Assembly (NCBI RefSeq): GCF_009914755.1
Contig: NC_060931.1
Source: the human T2T-CHM13v2.0 reference genome, Homo sapiens
Length of the DNA stretch: 64,000 nt
Strand: one strand, 5' to 3'
Of this stretch, positions 1 to 11,592 are shown one piece after another (within the stretch, counting starts at the first letter, position 1; every line of letters begins with the position of its first letter). A model generated the notes under the pieces. The model had not been told where the DNA came from. It ran no database searches and saw nothing but the letters and a program-made list of their open reading frames with translations. A program made the position numbers and the translations under genes.

Positions 1-1323
1 ATTTGTGTGGTTGGGCACTGGATGAGAGGAAGCTGCAGAAAGGAAGCTCAAAAAAATCAGTTTGAAAATATTGCTTGTTTCCTCAGCCAACTCCAAAGCT
101 GTGCATGCCCAAGATGGGACTGTAGAAGGCAGAACTCAACAGCACTGAGAGGCCAAAAGCTGAATAGATATTTTAGAGGTCAGAGTGGAATATGTTAAAA
201 TTTTGGCTAGTCGGAGTGGAAGGACTTTGGTAAACACTTCTGAGAACCCAGGAAGGCCATACCCTAGGAGGAAGGATAGGCTCCAGAAATAAAACAAGTT
301 TCTGAAAAATTAGGCCTGGGGGGGAAAGTGCCTGGGGTGCAAACTTGCATGACTCAGAATGAAGACCTCGTTTGATGATGTGCTCTGGGTGCCTCATGTG
401 CTGCATCTTAGTGTTGGTCCTGTAGAGGAGGACTTCATGTAACTCTCGGTAATATGCTAAAGCAAACTCAGGAAAAGATGGATAAGATGGGTGAACCAAA
501 AAGTATTTTAATACAGAATTAAAATAATCAAATGGATATCTAATAATTGAAATATTGGAAATAAATGAAACAGTGAATGAATTAACCTCGGGCTGGAGAG
601 ACAGAGTAGAAATCAGAAATAATGAGTTCAAAAAGAGATTGGTATAGCTAAATGGAAGCATAGAGAGAAAAAAAATGAAAAACAAAACACCATAATCCTA
701 GAGATAGAGGGTAAAAGCCATGTAGGACATAGAAGGTTTAACAGAAGTGTAAGTGGGGTCCCCCCAGAAAGAGGAGAGAGAGACTGAGGAATTACATTAT
801 AATTCAAAAACAGGAAGATAAATTGAAAATCTCTCAGAATTTTTTTTAAAAACACACTTGTAAATGACTCATAGATCAAAGAAGCAATTATAATAGAATT
901 TAGTAATTACTCTGAGCTGAAAGGGAATAATTAAAATAAGAGTAAATGAAAAAGAAAACAGACATATAATAGAGAAAATCAACCAGGTCAAAAGTTGGTT
1001 CTTTTAAAAAACATTGATACATCACTGGTAAGATGCTACAAGAAAAAAAACAAGAGAGAAGGAAAACACAAATTACCATCGTATGTTTAAAAGAGAACAA
1101 TTACTACAGATTTGACAACATCTAAAGAATGATGCAAGGATATTCTAAAGAACTTTATGCTATTAAAATTGAAAATCTAAATGAAATGAACAAATTCCTT
1201 GGGGAAAAAAACTTATCAAAACGAACACAAGAAGCAGCACAAAAATTTAAGTATTTAATATCTTCATAAAATGAATCAAATATCATCCCACAAATAAAAC
1301 TTCTGGACCAGATGGCTTTACTG

Positions 1324-1426
1324 GTGACCTCTCCTGTACATTTAATACAAAATTTATTAATCTTACATAAATTCAGTGACCTCTCCTGTACATTTAATAC
1401 AAAATTTATTAATCTTACATAAATTC
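1324..1426. repeat. Perfect 51-bp tandem duplication with a 1-nt spacer
   Basis: 1324-1374 and 1376-1426 both read GTGACCTCTCCTGTACATTTAATACAAAATTTATTAATCTTACATAAATTC. Confidence 0.97.
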
Positions 1427-2235
1427 TTTCTGAGAATAAAAAGGAAAACATCTTTTCATTGTTTTACAAAGTGAATATAATCTTGATACTACAACCACAT
1501 AAGGACATAAGAACAAAGGAAAATAAAAGCTGATGTCTCTCAAGAACAAATTATTAGCAGCCAACATTTGGCAACATAAAAAAGAGATAATAAATCATGT
1601 TCAAGTAGAGCTCATTCTGGGGATGAAAATTTATTTTAACATTCTGAACTCAATAATCACCACATTTAAAAATCAAATGAGAAAAATTATGAAATCTGAT
1701 TTGATGAAGAAAAAGCAGTTGATAAAACGTAACACTGATTCATTTTGAAACCCTCAGCAAACTAGGAAGAGAGAACTTTCTAATTTTAAAAAGAATATCT
1801 ATAAATATTACTGATAGTGATATACTTAATGGAGAAATATTAAACACTTTCTCCCTGATTTTAGGAATGCAACAAAGATGCCCCATATTCCCACTTACAT
1901 TCAGTATTGTAGTAGATGTTCTAATCAGCTCAGTGAAGTGAGAAAAGAAGCAAAATATGTAAAGACTGGAAAACAGTACAACAGTCTTTATTCTCAGATA
2001 ACATTGGATAGAAAATTCAAAGGAATCTAGAAATGAACTATTATAGTCAATAAGTGAATGTAACAGGATTTCTGAATTCAAGGTCAGCATAAAAACAATA
2101 TTATTTCTGAATGCTAGCAATAAACAATTAGAAAATCAGATAAAATGTCATTTATAATACACTGAGAGATATGCAGGACCTCTACATTGAAAATCATGAA
2201 ACATTGCTGATATTAAAGAAGACCTAAATAAATGG

Positions 2236-2790
2236 TGTACTATTTATCTGTTGCTGTGTATAAAATTACCACAAACTTAGTAACTTAACACATATTTATT
2301 ATTTCACAGTTTGTGTGGGTCGGAAACTTGGGCACAGCTAAATTGGGTTATCTGCCTCAGGTTCTTACCAGTTTGCAAACTAGCTGATGGTAGCAGGGCT
2401 CTCAACTGGAGACTTGACTGGAAAAGAACACACTCCCACACTTACTTAGGTAGTTAGCAGAATTCATTTCCTTGTAGTTGTAGAACTGTGTGCCTCTTTG
2501 CTAGCTGTCTGCTGGAAGTGATGCTCAGCTTCTCCAGGCTGCTTGCAGTTCCCTGCCATGTGGCCCTTTCCTTAGGCAGTTTACATGATGGCAGTTTGCT
2601 TCAAAAGTAAAACTAATAGTAAGATAGAGCCTTATAATAATGTAATGTAGTCAAAGCAGTGACAGCCCATCATCTGTGTCATGTTCTATTGGTTTGAAAC
2701 AAGTTCCAGGTCCCACCTACACACAAAAGAAGGGGATGATAGAAAAGAATGTACCCCAGGAGGTAAGGATCATGGAAGCCATGATCATAT
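2236..2790 (-). mobile_element. MLT1-family (ERVL-MaLR) solo LTR, MLT1E/F/G-like
   Basis: Starts TGTACTATTTATCTGTTGCTGTGTATAAAATTACCACAAACTTAG...TTTATTATTTCACAGTT, the reverse complement of the MLT1 LTR 3' end. It interrupts the L1. Confidence 0.8.
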
Positions 2791-3039
2791 ATCAGGTGCA
2801 TAGACTAAAAGACTTATTTGTTTATCTGGCAATTATTTTAAAATTGATCTATGTATTCAGAACATCACAATCAAAACTTCTGCAAAATTTTTGGAGGTTG
2901 GCAGATTTCTAAATTCTAAAATTATAGGGAAATGCAAAGGACCTAAAAGAGGCAAGGTAATCTTGAAGAAAACAGGAAATTTTCACTACCAGATTTCAAA
3001 ATTTGCTATAAAGCTACAGTAATTGAAATACAATTAGCA

Positions 3040-3324
3040 GGCTGGGCGTGGTGGCTCACACCTGTAATCCTAGCACTTTGGGAGGCCAAGGTGGGCAGAT
3101 CACTTGAGGTCAGGAGCTTGAGACTAGCCTGACCTACATGGTGAAACCCTGTCTCTACTAAAAATACAAAAATTAGCTGAGCGTGGTGGTGCACACCTGT
3201 AATCCCAGTTACTCGGAAGTCTGAAGTGGGAGAATCACTTGAACCTGAGAGGCAGAGGTTGTAGTGAGCCGAGAGTAGGCCTGGGCGATAGAGTGAGACT
3301 CCATCTCAAAAAAAAAAAATAAAT
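3040..3324 (+). mobile_element. AluS (Sx/Sz-like) with a small right-arm deletion
   Basis: GGCTGGGCGTGGTGGCTCAC start and A tail. 14-bp TSD AAATACAATTAGCA at 3026-3039 and 3325-3338. The usual CCACTGCACTCC segment is missing near 3275. Confidence 0.97.
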
Positions 3325-3839
3325 AAATACAATTAGCACTTGATCAATAGACAAATATTCCATTGGTATAAATTAGTCCAGAAATAGACTCACACATATT
3401 CTGTCACTCGATTTACAACAAAGACACTACTGTAATTCAGTAGGAAAAGGATGATATTCTAAAAAAATAATGCTGGAGCAATTTTATATCTGTATAAAGA
3501 AGAAAATGAACCTTGACTGTTGATGTTACACAATACTCAAAAATTAATTTATGGTGGATTATACCCAAATAATACTTAGATCTTCTCAAAGAAAATATAC
3601 AACAATATCTTAACAACCTTGGGGTAGCAAAGCCAGCACTAGCAGCATCCTATAAGCACTAAACATAGTGTAATTTTAACTCTGGTTTAGTTATGGAATT
3701 ATGTTTATCAAACAATGTCATTAAGAATGTGAATAGGCAAGTCACAGACTAAGAGAAGATAATCACGATAAATTTATTGTCAAATAACATGTACTCAGAT
3801 TATATAATGAATTTCTACAATCAAAAAAGAAAAGACAGA

Positions 3840-4205
3840 TGTATTAGTTCCTTTTCATGCTGCTAATAAAGATATACTCGAGACTGGGTAATTCATAAAG
3901 GAAAGAGGTTTAATTAACTCACAGTTCCACATGGCTGGGGAGGCCTCACAATCATGGCAGAAGGCAAAAGAGGAGCACAGTCACGTCTTACATGGTATCA
4001 GGCAAGAGAGAGCAGGTATGGGGGAACTCCACTTTATAAAATCATCAGATCTCATGAGACTTATTCACAATCACAAGAACAGCATGGGAAAGACCTGCCC
4101 CCATGATTCAATTATCTCCCACTGGGTCCCTCCCACGACATGTGGGAATTATAAAGGCTACAATTTAGGATGAGATTTGGGTAAGAATACAGCCAAACCA
4201 TATCA
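3840..4205 (-). mobile_element. THE1 (MaLR) solo LTR
   Basis: TGTATTAG...CAGCCAAACCATATCA termini, THE1 body, 5-bp TSD ACAGA/ATAGA. Confidence 0.95.
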
Positions 4206-5029
4206 ATAGATATTTATTAAAAATGGAGCAAAGTTTGAATAATCTCCTCACAAAGGAGGGAATTTAAGTGGTTAATACGCATATTAAAAGGTGCCCAACT
4301 TTATTAATCACTAGGGAAATGCAAATTAAAACCACAGTGTGATACTTCTACACATCCATCAGAATGTCTAAAATTAAAAAGAGATAGAAAATATCAAGTT
4401 TTGGTGAGGATGTAGAACAAATTGCAACTGGTCATGGGTGGTTGGTGGAAATGTAACTTTGTTCAAACATGTTGGAAAAACTGTTTGGCAGTTTAATAAT
4501 ACTAAATATACGCCTACCCTATAGGCATGCGATTCCATTCCCAGGTATAGACCCAAGAAAAATAAATGCATATGACTACAAAAAGAGATGTGCGAAATGG
4601 CCATAGCAACTTTTTTCATAATGGTCCCTAAGCAGGAAAAGAACTCCAGTGTCAGTTGGAGAAAGGATAAACAATTGTGCTACATTCATGCAATGGAATA
4701 TTGCACAACAATAAAAAGAACTCAGACACACACAACAACGTAGATGAATCTCAAAAACATTTGTTAAGCAAAAGAAGTCAGACTCAAAAGAGGAGATATT
4801 GCCTAATTACATTTCTATAATGTTCAAGAATAGTCAAAATTAGTCTAATAGTTGCCTGAATGATGGCTGGAATTCTTTTCTTCCTGAGAAAAAGCACAAA
4901 GGAACTTCCTGGGGTGGCAAATATCTATATATAGTTTGATCTTTGTAATAGTTACACAGTTGTATATATGTGTAAGCTTTGCATAAAGTACTAATTTGTG
5001 ATATTAAAAACAAACAAACCAAAAATGAA

Positions 5030-5500
5030 TAATTTTTCTATCCTTGAGGCATGAAGATATGTTCTTATAATAACTTCTATTAACATTTTAGTTCTATCTT
5101 TCACCTTTAGGTGTTTTATCTACCTATAACATTTGTATACGATTTTAGGTTAGGATCCAGTTTTATTTTTCTTTGCGTAGTGATCACCTTCTTTTTAGCT
5201 CCTTGACTTAGTTTTCTTCTTTATAATGCATTAGTTTCCATTTATAGGTAGATCTATCTCCAAGTTCCCAGTTATGTTTTATTTGTTTCCATGCCAGTCC
5301 TATACTGTTGCTATTACTGTGGTATGTCTTAATATTAGGGAGAGCAAGTTCTTCCTCTCAAAGTTGCCTCCTATTTAAAAGTTAACTTAGCTATTCATAG
5401 ACCTTTATTCTTCAATAGACACTTAAAATAAATCTATCAAGTCCTTTACAAAACTTCCAGTCAGAATTTTGATTCAGATTGCATTGAATTATGTTTTTTA
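5030..5500 (-). mobile_element. Old L1 ORF2 fragment, antisense
   Basis: T-rich L1 antisense motifs: GGATCCAGTTTTATTTT and GAATTTTGATTCAGATTGCATTGAAT. Confidence 0.6.
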
Positions 5501-6149
5501 TTTCGACTCCTATAATTTTCATATTTTATATTTCATTTGGTTCTTTTTATGACTTCTTCCTGCTTCATATTAATATGCTTCCTTATGCCTTAGAGGTATT
5601 ATTATGCTTATTTAAAATTCTTTGCTCAATGATCTAATAACTCTCCTTTCTGCAATCTGTTTTTTGCATTTGTGATTTTTTAAGTGGTTGTGTTGTTCTC
5701 TTATCTATTCTTTAGACCTATGACTTTAAATCTCCCTGGGAATATCAGCTGCCCTATGCTGTAATGTATGCACAGGCAGGGTCAAAACACACACGCTAGT
5801 TCTCATCATACTACAGAGTTTGGAAGAGGGAGAATAAGGAGTGAACCCACAGAACTCCATTGATCACTACCTCTTTGCCGCCTCTGTGCCAGTCAACCCT
5901 TTGTCCAAGAAGTCATCTATAAACCCACCCAAAGAACAAGCACCCCATCAGGTCAGGAGTTCAGGAGGGGGAAGAAGTATGGTGGATGCCAAAGGCCAGG
6001 GCTGGTTGTCACATCTGGTTCCATTGGCTCTGCAGGCCTTTTATGAAACTCTGATATTCCTCTGATTGGGGGATGTCCTATGGCAACAGAACCTGCAACA
6101 GCTGTCTTCCAGCTGAATGGAACAAGCAACAGCAGAACATACCCTCTTC

Positions 6150-6500
6150 TTGATGTTCTATATCTTGACTGACACGTGGTTTATGTCGAGTATGGGTTTG
6201 CCAAACTCACTGAACTGTACACTTGAGATCTGTTAATTGCACTGTATAAAAATTATACCTCTGAATGACAAAAAATCCACCACTATCATCTTTATTTTAC
6301 TGTCACTGAAATTTAATCTGGAAAGGCCAACTATTAAGCTGTAAAACTAAATTGGATTTATAAATATTAGAAAGAAAGATGTAATGTTATTTTATTTGTT
6401 CTTATCATTTTTCCTCTGGAATCCCCAAAACTCATTGAAGAAAATATTAGAACTACGGAGAGTTTAGTAAGGTTGCCAGTTAATCAATAAGCCCACGCTG
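6150..6500 (+). mobile_element. Old L1M fragments (3' UTR end plus an ORF2 piece)
   Basis: ATGTTCTATATCTTGA...AAACTCACTGAACTGTACACTT...AATTATACCTC, then TTAGAACTA..GAGTTTAGTAAGGTTGC. Confidence 0.65.
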
Positions 6501-7152
6501 ATCTATAACCAGGGTCACAGTTCAAATGCTTGCAGCATTTTCCCATAATGAAAATGAATGAAATAAAATAAACTGTTAGGAAGGTAATACAAATTTTTTC
6601 TTTTATTGAATTTTGGTTTAAACAAGCAATATAAACATCTGTGATACTGAAGATTATATTTTAAATTTGAAATAGAAAAATACAAATTGATAAATTGGAA
6701 CAATTTTGTTTTATAATTTTTTTCTCACTTGGGGAATGCTGATTTAAATCTGAAAAATATGACACATTGTGTATTAAGATATAAATACCAAGTTTTTTGT
6801 TTCCATCTTAATGTGTAGAACAGAATTCAACCTTGAGTTCTTTAACTGGGAGCAATATTTTGTTTTATATAGTTTCATATTTCATAATTGAAAACAGCTG
6901 CTCACAAATTTAGGAAATTCCTAACCTAACAGAATACTTACACAATGATTTTTCTATTCTGTGAAATCACACCCAGATATTTGTAGAATTGTGGAATTCT
7001 GATGTAATGTTGTAAATATGTACCACAGTACTGTACTGAGCTCAGAAACTTTCATCTGTAGCTCTTCCTTCAGTCTTATTCTGATAAAGGTGAAGGGATC
7101 ACTTAGTTGTTTTCTCAAAAGCGGAAGTTAGGATATAGTGGACTGTATGAAC

Positions 7153-7388
7153 AATATGGTTTCAAGGTTAAGAGCATTAACTCTGTAGCCACACTGCCTG
7201 GATTCTACCCTGGCTCCAACACTTAGGAATTGTGACCTCGGACCAATTTCTCAACCTCTCGGGGCCTCAGTAAAGTGGTCTGTAAGGTGATGACAATAAC
7301 AGCACCTACATTAGAGGAAGGATTAAATTAAATATGTAAAATTTTGGGATGATGCCCAGTGCATTGTAAGCCCATTGTGTTAATTATT
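7153..7388 (+). mobile_element. MIR SINE
   Basis: GGTTAAGAGCA..ACTCTG..GCC, TGTGACCTCGGAC..TTTCTCAACCTCTC..GCCTCAGT core, GGATTAAAT. Confidence 0.85.
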
Positions 7389-8059
7389 AAAAGAACCTGT
7401 TTTTAAATTCAGTCTTAAACCTCACTATTTAGGGAATATAGTTCATGCTAGCATATTTTTGTCTTTGGAATTTGATTGCAATGTAGAAAAATCCACCAGA
7501 CCCAATTTCATCACGTCTAAGCGTGTCAAACAATAACTGGGTATCTGTCTATGGAGTCTCTTATAGGGTATTTTCAAAGTATGTAGGACTATTTGTCAAA
7601 GCAAAGGCCATGTCTTTGGTTGAGTCTTTGTGAACTGATGTGGAGAATATCCCTTGGATGAGCCAACAAGTCAGTTTGTTTCTAATATTCTGCTAAATTA
7701 CTTCCCTCTGCACAGAACAGCAGATTACTGTAATGTGTATTGAAGGCATCAAGGACAGCAGTGAACATTTGTCCAAGGGTCAGGCCACTTGAGTATATCC
7801 AGATTATGGTGTTAATAACCCGAGATGCATGCTATATTCTGTTTTTACTTTTTCAAGCTCAAAGTGTGTCCTAGTAAATGCAGCAACATGTAAAATGAAA
7901 AGTCTCCACCTCTCATTTTCCTGGCAAGGTGTAGATTTCCTGGCAATAGGGTGCTAACACCTGGCATGGAAGGAGCATCATCTGCAGGTAGACTTACCAA
8001 TTTGGGCAAGTTGTATTAAAATTCTTCAGACACCAAAAATAAGTTATTCTCTGTTTTGT

Positions 8060-8073
8060 GTTGCCATGGATAC
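8060..8073. promoter_or_regulatory. Candidate RFX X-box
   Basis: GTTGCCATGGATAC matches the palindromic RFX site GTTGCCATGGCAAC at 12/14 positions. Motif match only; binding is not shown. Confidence 0.4.
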
Positions 8074-8140
8074 TTCCTCCAAAATTTCTTCTGGTTCATA
8101 AAATTTCTCAAGGACACCTTAAAACAGCTAATAAAGTGGT

Positions 8141-8144
<4 letters not shown>

Positions 8145-8170
<26 letters not shown>
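8145..8170. repeat. (TG)n microsatellite
   Basis: About 13 uninterrupted TG units. Confidence 0.97.
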
Positions 8171-8171
<1 letters not shown>

Positions 8172-8264
8172 TATCAGCTATGACAGAAAATACCAGAAGT
8201 AATTTTACAATTCTATGAAACTTCTTCTCAAAGTTCTTAGCCATATTTTCAACAAACTGAGGAT

Positions 8265-8690
8265 ATTTGGGCAAAAATTCAAGCTTCTGTAACAAAGAGA
8301 TCCAGAACTACAGTGGCAGGAAAGAAAAAGGAAAAAAAGGAAGTTGGTTTTACTGTCATGTAATAGTTTCAAGGTGTGTGGGGACTAGGCTGGCTGAGCT
8401 GCACTGCCTGCTGCAGTCATTTAGAAACCCAAGCTCCATCTTGTTCTGGCTTTTCTTGGGGTGTTTAACTTGTCCACATATTTGAAGTGATGTTCTGGGA
8501 ATCCATCTTTAGAAAGAGAAATTGCTGAAGTATAAGGCAGGCATTTTCCTTAGCAAGTGATACCTCATTAAGATCCATCTCCTTTGTTCACATTTCATAC
8601 ATTTGCACTTTGTATTGGTGTCAGCTTAATCACGTGGCCAGCATTGCCACAAAGGAGGCCGGGGAATGGAGTCTTGTCCAACATAGTATT
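8265..8690 (-). mobile_element. Old MLT1 (I/J/K-like) LTR
   Basis: GCTTCTGTAACAAAGA..CAGTGGC start and ATTGG..CTTAATCACGTGGCCA..CAAAGGAGGCCGGGGAATGGAGTCT end, typical of antisense old MLT1. Confidence 0.6.
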
Positions 8691-8980
8691 TCCCAGCAGA
8701 CTTAATTTGTAAATGCATATTTGTTAGAGACATGCAATTTTTGCTGCACTGAATAGGTACTCCTATATAAACTCATTATCTGGAAAATGTTTCAATGCCC
8801 AGGGAATTTTTTCTATTTAACATATGACTTCATTTTACTGCAGCCCAACCATTTTATTCAAATTCTGAATCAAATTTTTGGTTTTCATTTCAGTTTATTA
8901 AGATTTAATTAACTTATCTTTTGCAAATCTATAAATATACACACACACAAACATATATACACACACTCACACACACACAC

Positions 8981-9341
8981 TGATATAGTTTGACTCTGCA
9001 TCCCCACCCAAATCTCATCTTGTAGCTCCCATAGTTCCCACATGTTGTGGGAGGGACCTGGGGGAAAGAATTGAATCATGGGGGTGGGTCTTTCCTGTGC
9101 TGTTCTCATGATAGTGAATAAGTCTCATGAGATCTGATGGTTTCAAAAACGGGAGTTCCCCTACACAAACTCTCTCTCTTTGCTTGCTGCCATCTGTGTA
9201 AGATGTGACTTGCTCTTCCTTGACTTCTGCCATGACTGTGAGGCCTCCCCAGCCATGTGGAACTGTAAGTACATTAACCTCTTTCTTTTGTAAATTGCCC
9301 AGTCCTGGGTATGTCTTTATCAGCAGCATGAAAATGGACTA

Positions 9342-9346
<5 letters not shown>
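8981..9346 (+). mobile_element. THE1 (THE1B/C-like) solo LTR
   Basis: TGATATAGTTTG..CCCCACCCAAATCTCATCTTG start and GGACTAATACA end, flanked by CA repeats on both sides. Confidence 0.96.
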
Positions 9347-9387
<41 letters not shown>

Positions 9388-9404
9388 ACATATACATATA
9401 TATA
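9345..9404. repeat. (CA)n followed by a TA-rich microsatellite; a degenerate CA tract also lies at 8935-8980
   Basis: About 20 perfect CA units starting at the LTR's terminal CA. Confidence 0.95.
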
Positions 9405-9859
9405 TTCAAACTCTGGTTGGTTGTACAATGACATCTTAATTAAATTTTCATATTACACTGGAAATGATATTCTTCCCTTTGAAAAATAACCATTCTCTCT
9501 TTAGAGAAAAAAAGATTTATTTTCCTTAGTCTTTTATTTTCCCAGATTTTGAATAAGATATAGATATGAGAAATAGTTAACATTCACATAACTTTAAGAT
9601 TAATAAAATCAATATCACAAGTGAAACGATAGGTAGCAACTGACATTCAACCACATGTTCAGAAAACCCAGGTTCATTTTACTGTAGCACAACCAGAAGA
9701 ACAACAGGCCTGTGCTTCTTTGGAGACAGAGAGCTCCATCTACAAACGGCAGCTGCAGCAGAGTCCTGGCTGGGTGCTGCCGTGCTCATGTGGCCCTAGT
9801 TTGCATCTTTTGACCTATAGGTTTCTTAGTGTCAGCAACAACATATGAGCACATGTAAT

Positions 9860-11430
9860 AAAATAAAAGTGTTAAACTCATCATGATTACAAAAATTATT
9901 AACTACTTACAAATAATCTTTACAGGAATTGTTAGGCCAATAAGGAAAAATTACAAAACTTTATGGATGGATATAAAAGAAGATTTGAATAAATCCCAAT
10001 TATACCGCATTTCAGTAAGAGAAAACCAAATCTTATGACTATTGTGATGGTTAATTTTATGTAAATGTGGCTAGACCATGGTACCTAGTTTTTGGTCAGA
10101 TACCAGTCCAGATGCTGCTGTGAAGATACTTTTTAGTTTTGACTAACATTTAAATTAGTAGACTTTAGTAAAGCAGATGACGTTTCATAATGTGATTGGG
10201 GCTTGTCCAATCAGTTGAAGGTCTTAAGAGGAAAGCTTGACATCCCCAGCAGAAGAAGGAATTCTCCTCCTGACTGCCTTCAGACTTGACTGGGCAACAT
10301 CAGATCTTCCCTGAGTCTCCAGCCTGCTGGCCTGTCCTGCAGATTTAGGACCTGTCAGCTCTGCAATCTTAAGAGCCAATTCCGTAAAATAAACCTCTCT
10401 CCATAGACATGCATATTCTAATTTGTTCTGTTTCTCTGGAGGTCCCTGACTGATACAAGTATTTCTATTCTCTTCTCCTTATTCTAATTCTAAACATTTA
10501 AGATAAATTCAGTGAAATGCTCACCAGGATGAAAATTACAATGATGATTAGGAGACAAAGGAAGAGAAGTTGATGATTTTTATGGGTGTGGAAGGACCCA
10601 ATGCCCATATAATCTCAAAGTTGGCCTGGAAAAATAAAGAAATAAAAATATCAAAAGTAAATATTAGGAAATTAATGAAGAGGGGAAAATTTGCTTTATC
10701 AAGACCTTCACACATATTTACGAAGACACAGGATTTAGAAACAGCATAATACTAGAATATCAAATTAAAGAAATAAACCAGATTTCTAAAAGAGAGCAAA
10801 TATACTTAAGAATTTAATATATGATAAATGCAGAATTTCAAATAAGTGAAGACAGAATGTATTTAATGAATACAAGGTGTTGAGGCAACTGACAAAGCAT
10901 TTTGAAAAATATGAATTTAATTTTCTGACTTAGACCATAAACCACATAGATTCCAGACAAATTAAAAATGTAAATATAAAAAAAGAGTATACAAAATATG
11001 AAAGAAAATACACATGAATATAAACATAATCTTGGGGCAAAGAAGATTTTTTAAAATATCACACTTAGGCAGGAGTTGTAAACCTGTTGATATACTTGAG
11101 CACATTAACACTCAAAAATGGGATATATTTGCAAACTATAGGTGAGGAAATTATCTAGAAATCAATAAGAAAGGCATAATTATCCAAATAGGAAAATAAA
11201 GGATAAAAAGAGGCAATTTATGAAAGAAGAAACAAATGACCATATCTGTGCTGGAAAAAATTCGACCTCATTAATTGTAAAAATTTGCAAATAAAAGAGC
11301 ATTAAAATACTATTTTTTTTTTTCACCTAAAAGTTTGGGAAAATGATGCCCTTGCTAATAGATTTAGAAAATGTGTACAGGAATGGAGACTGGTGAAACC
11401 ATTTTGGAGGGCAGTATTCAATATGTGTGC
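9860..11430 (+). mobile_element. Very old L1 (L1ME-like) ORF2/3' fragments, interrupted by MLT2
   Basis: ACAAAACTTTAT..ATATAAAAGAAGATTTGAATAAAT, AAGAATTTAATATATGATAAA, CCATTTTGGAGGGCAGT. Confidence 0.7.
10043..10457 (+). mobile_element. MLT2 (MLT2C-like) ERVL solo LTR
   Basis: TGTGATGGTTAATTTTATGT start, CCAATCAGTTGAAGG, TTCTGTTTCTCTGGAG..CCCTGACTGATACA end, 5-bp TSD ACTAT/AGTAT. Confidence 0.93.
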
Positions 11431-11454
11431 ATATGTCCTGTAGATGTTAAGGTC

Positions 11455-11592
11455 AAGACCTTCAAATGATTGGACAAGCCCCACTCACATTGTGAAAGGT
11501 CATCTGCTTTACTCAAAGTCTACTAATTTAAATGTTAACCAAATCCAAAAAGTATCTTCACAGCAGCAACTGGACTGGTATTTGACCAAAAA
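11455..11592 (-). mobile_element. MLT2 internal fragment; inverted copy of 10089-10225
   Basis: Its reverse complement aligns by eye to 10089-10225 with about 11 differences in about 138 bp. Confidence 0.9.

Larger units (their letters stand above)
1..5030 (+). mobile_element. Ancient, degraded L1 (L1M-type): probable 5' region, ORF1 remnant (~430-850), ORF2 remnant (~860-3840) and 3' end (~4206-5030), interrupted by MLT1, Alu and THE1
   Basis: A-rich strand with L1 landmarks in the expected order: AAAAGTTGGTTCTTT (~990), GAAAATCTAAATGAAATGAACAAATTCCT (~1171), GGACCAGATGGCTTTACTGGTGA (~1305), GAAATGCAAATTAAAACCACA (~4316), GGTGAGGATGTAGAACAA (~4403). No intact ORF. The 1-430 assignment is weaker. 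Confidence 0.85.

Noticed and set aside
9244-9256. PRDM9 hotspot motif in THE1
   Set aside because: Both LTRs carry CCTCCCCAGCCAT, not the hotspot-associated CCTCCCTAGCCAC.
3840-9346. The two THE1 LTRs as ends of one provirus
   Set aside because: They are in opposite orientations, the first has its own TSD, and there is no THE1 internal sequence between them.
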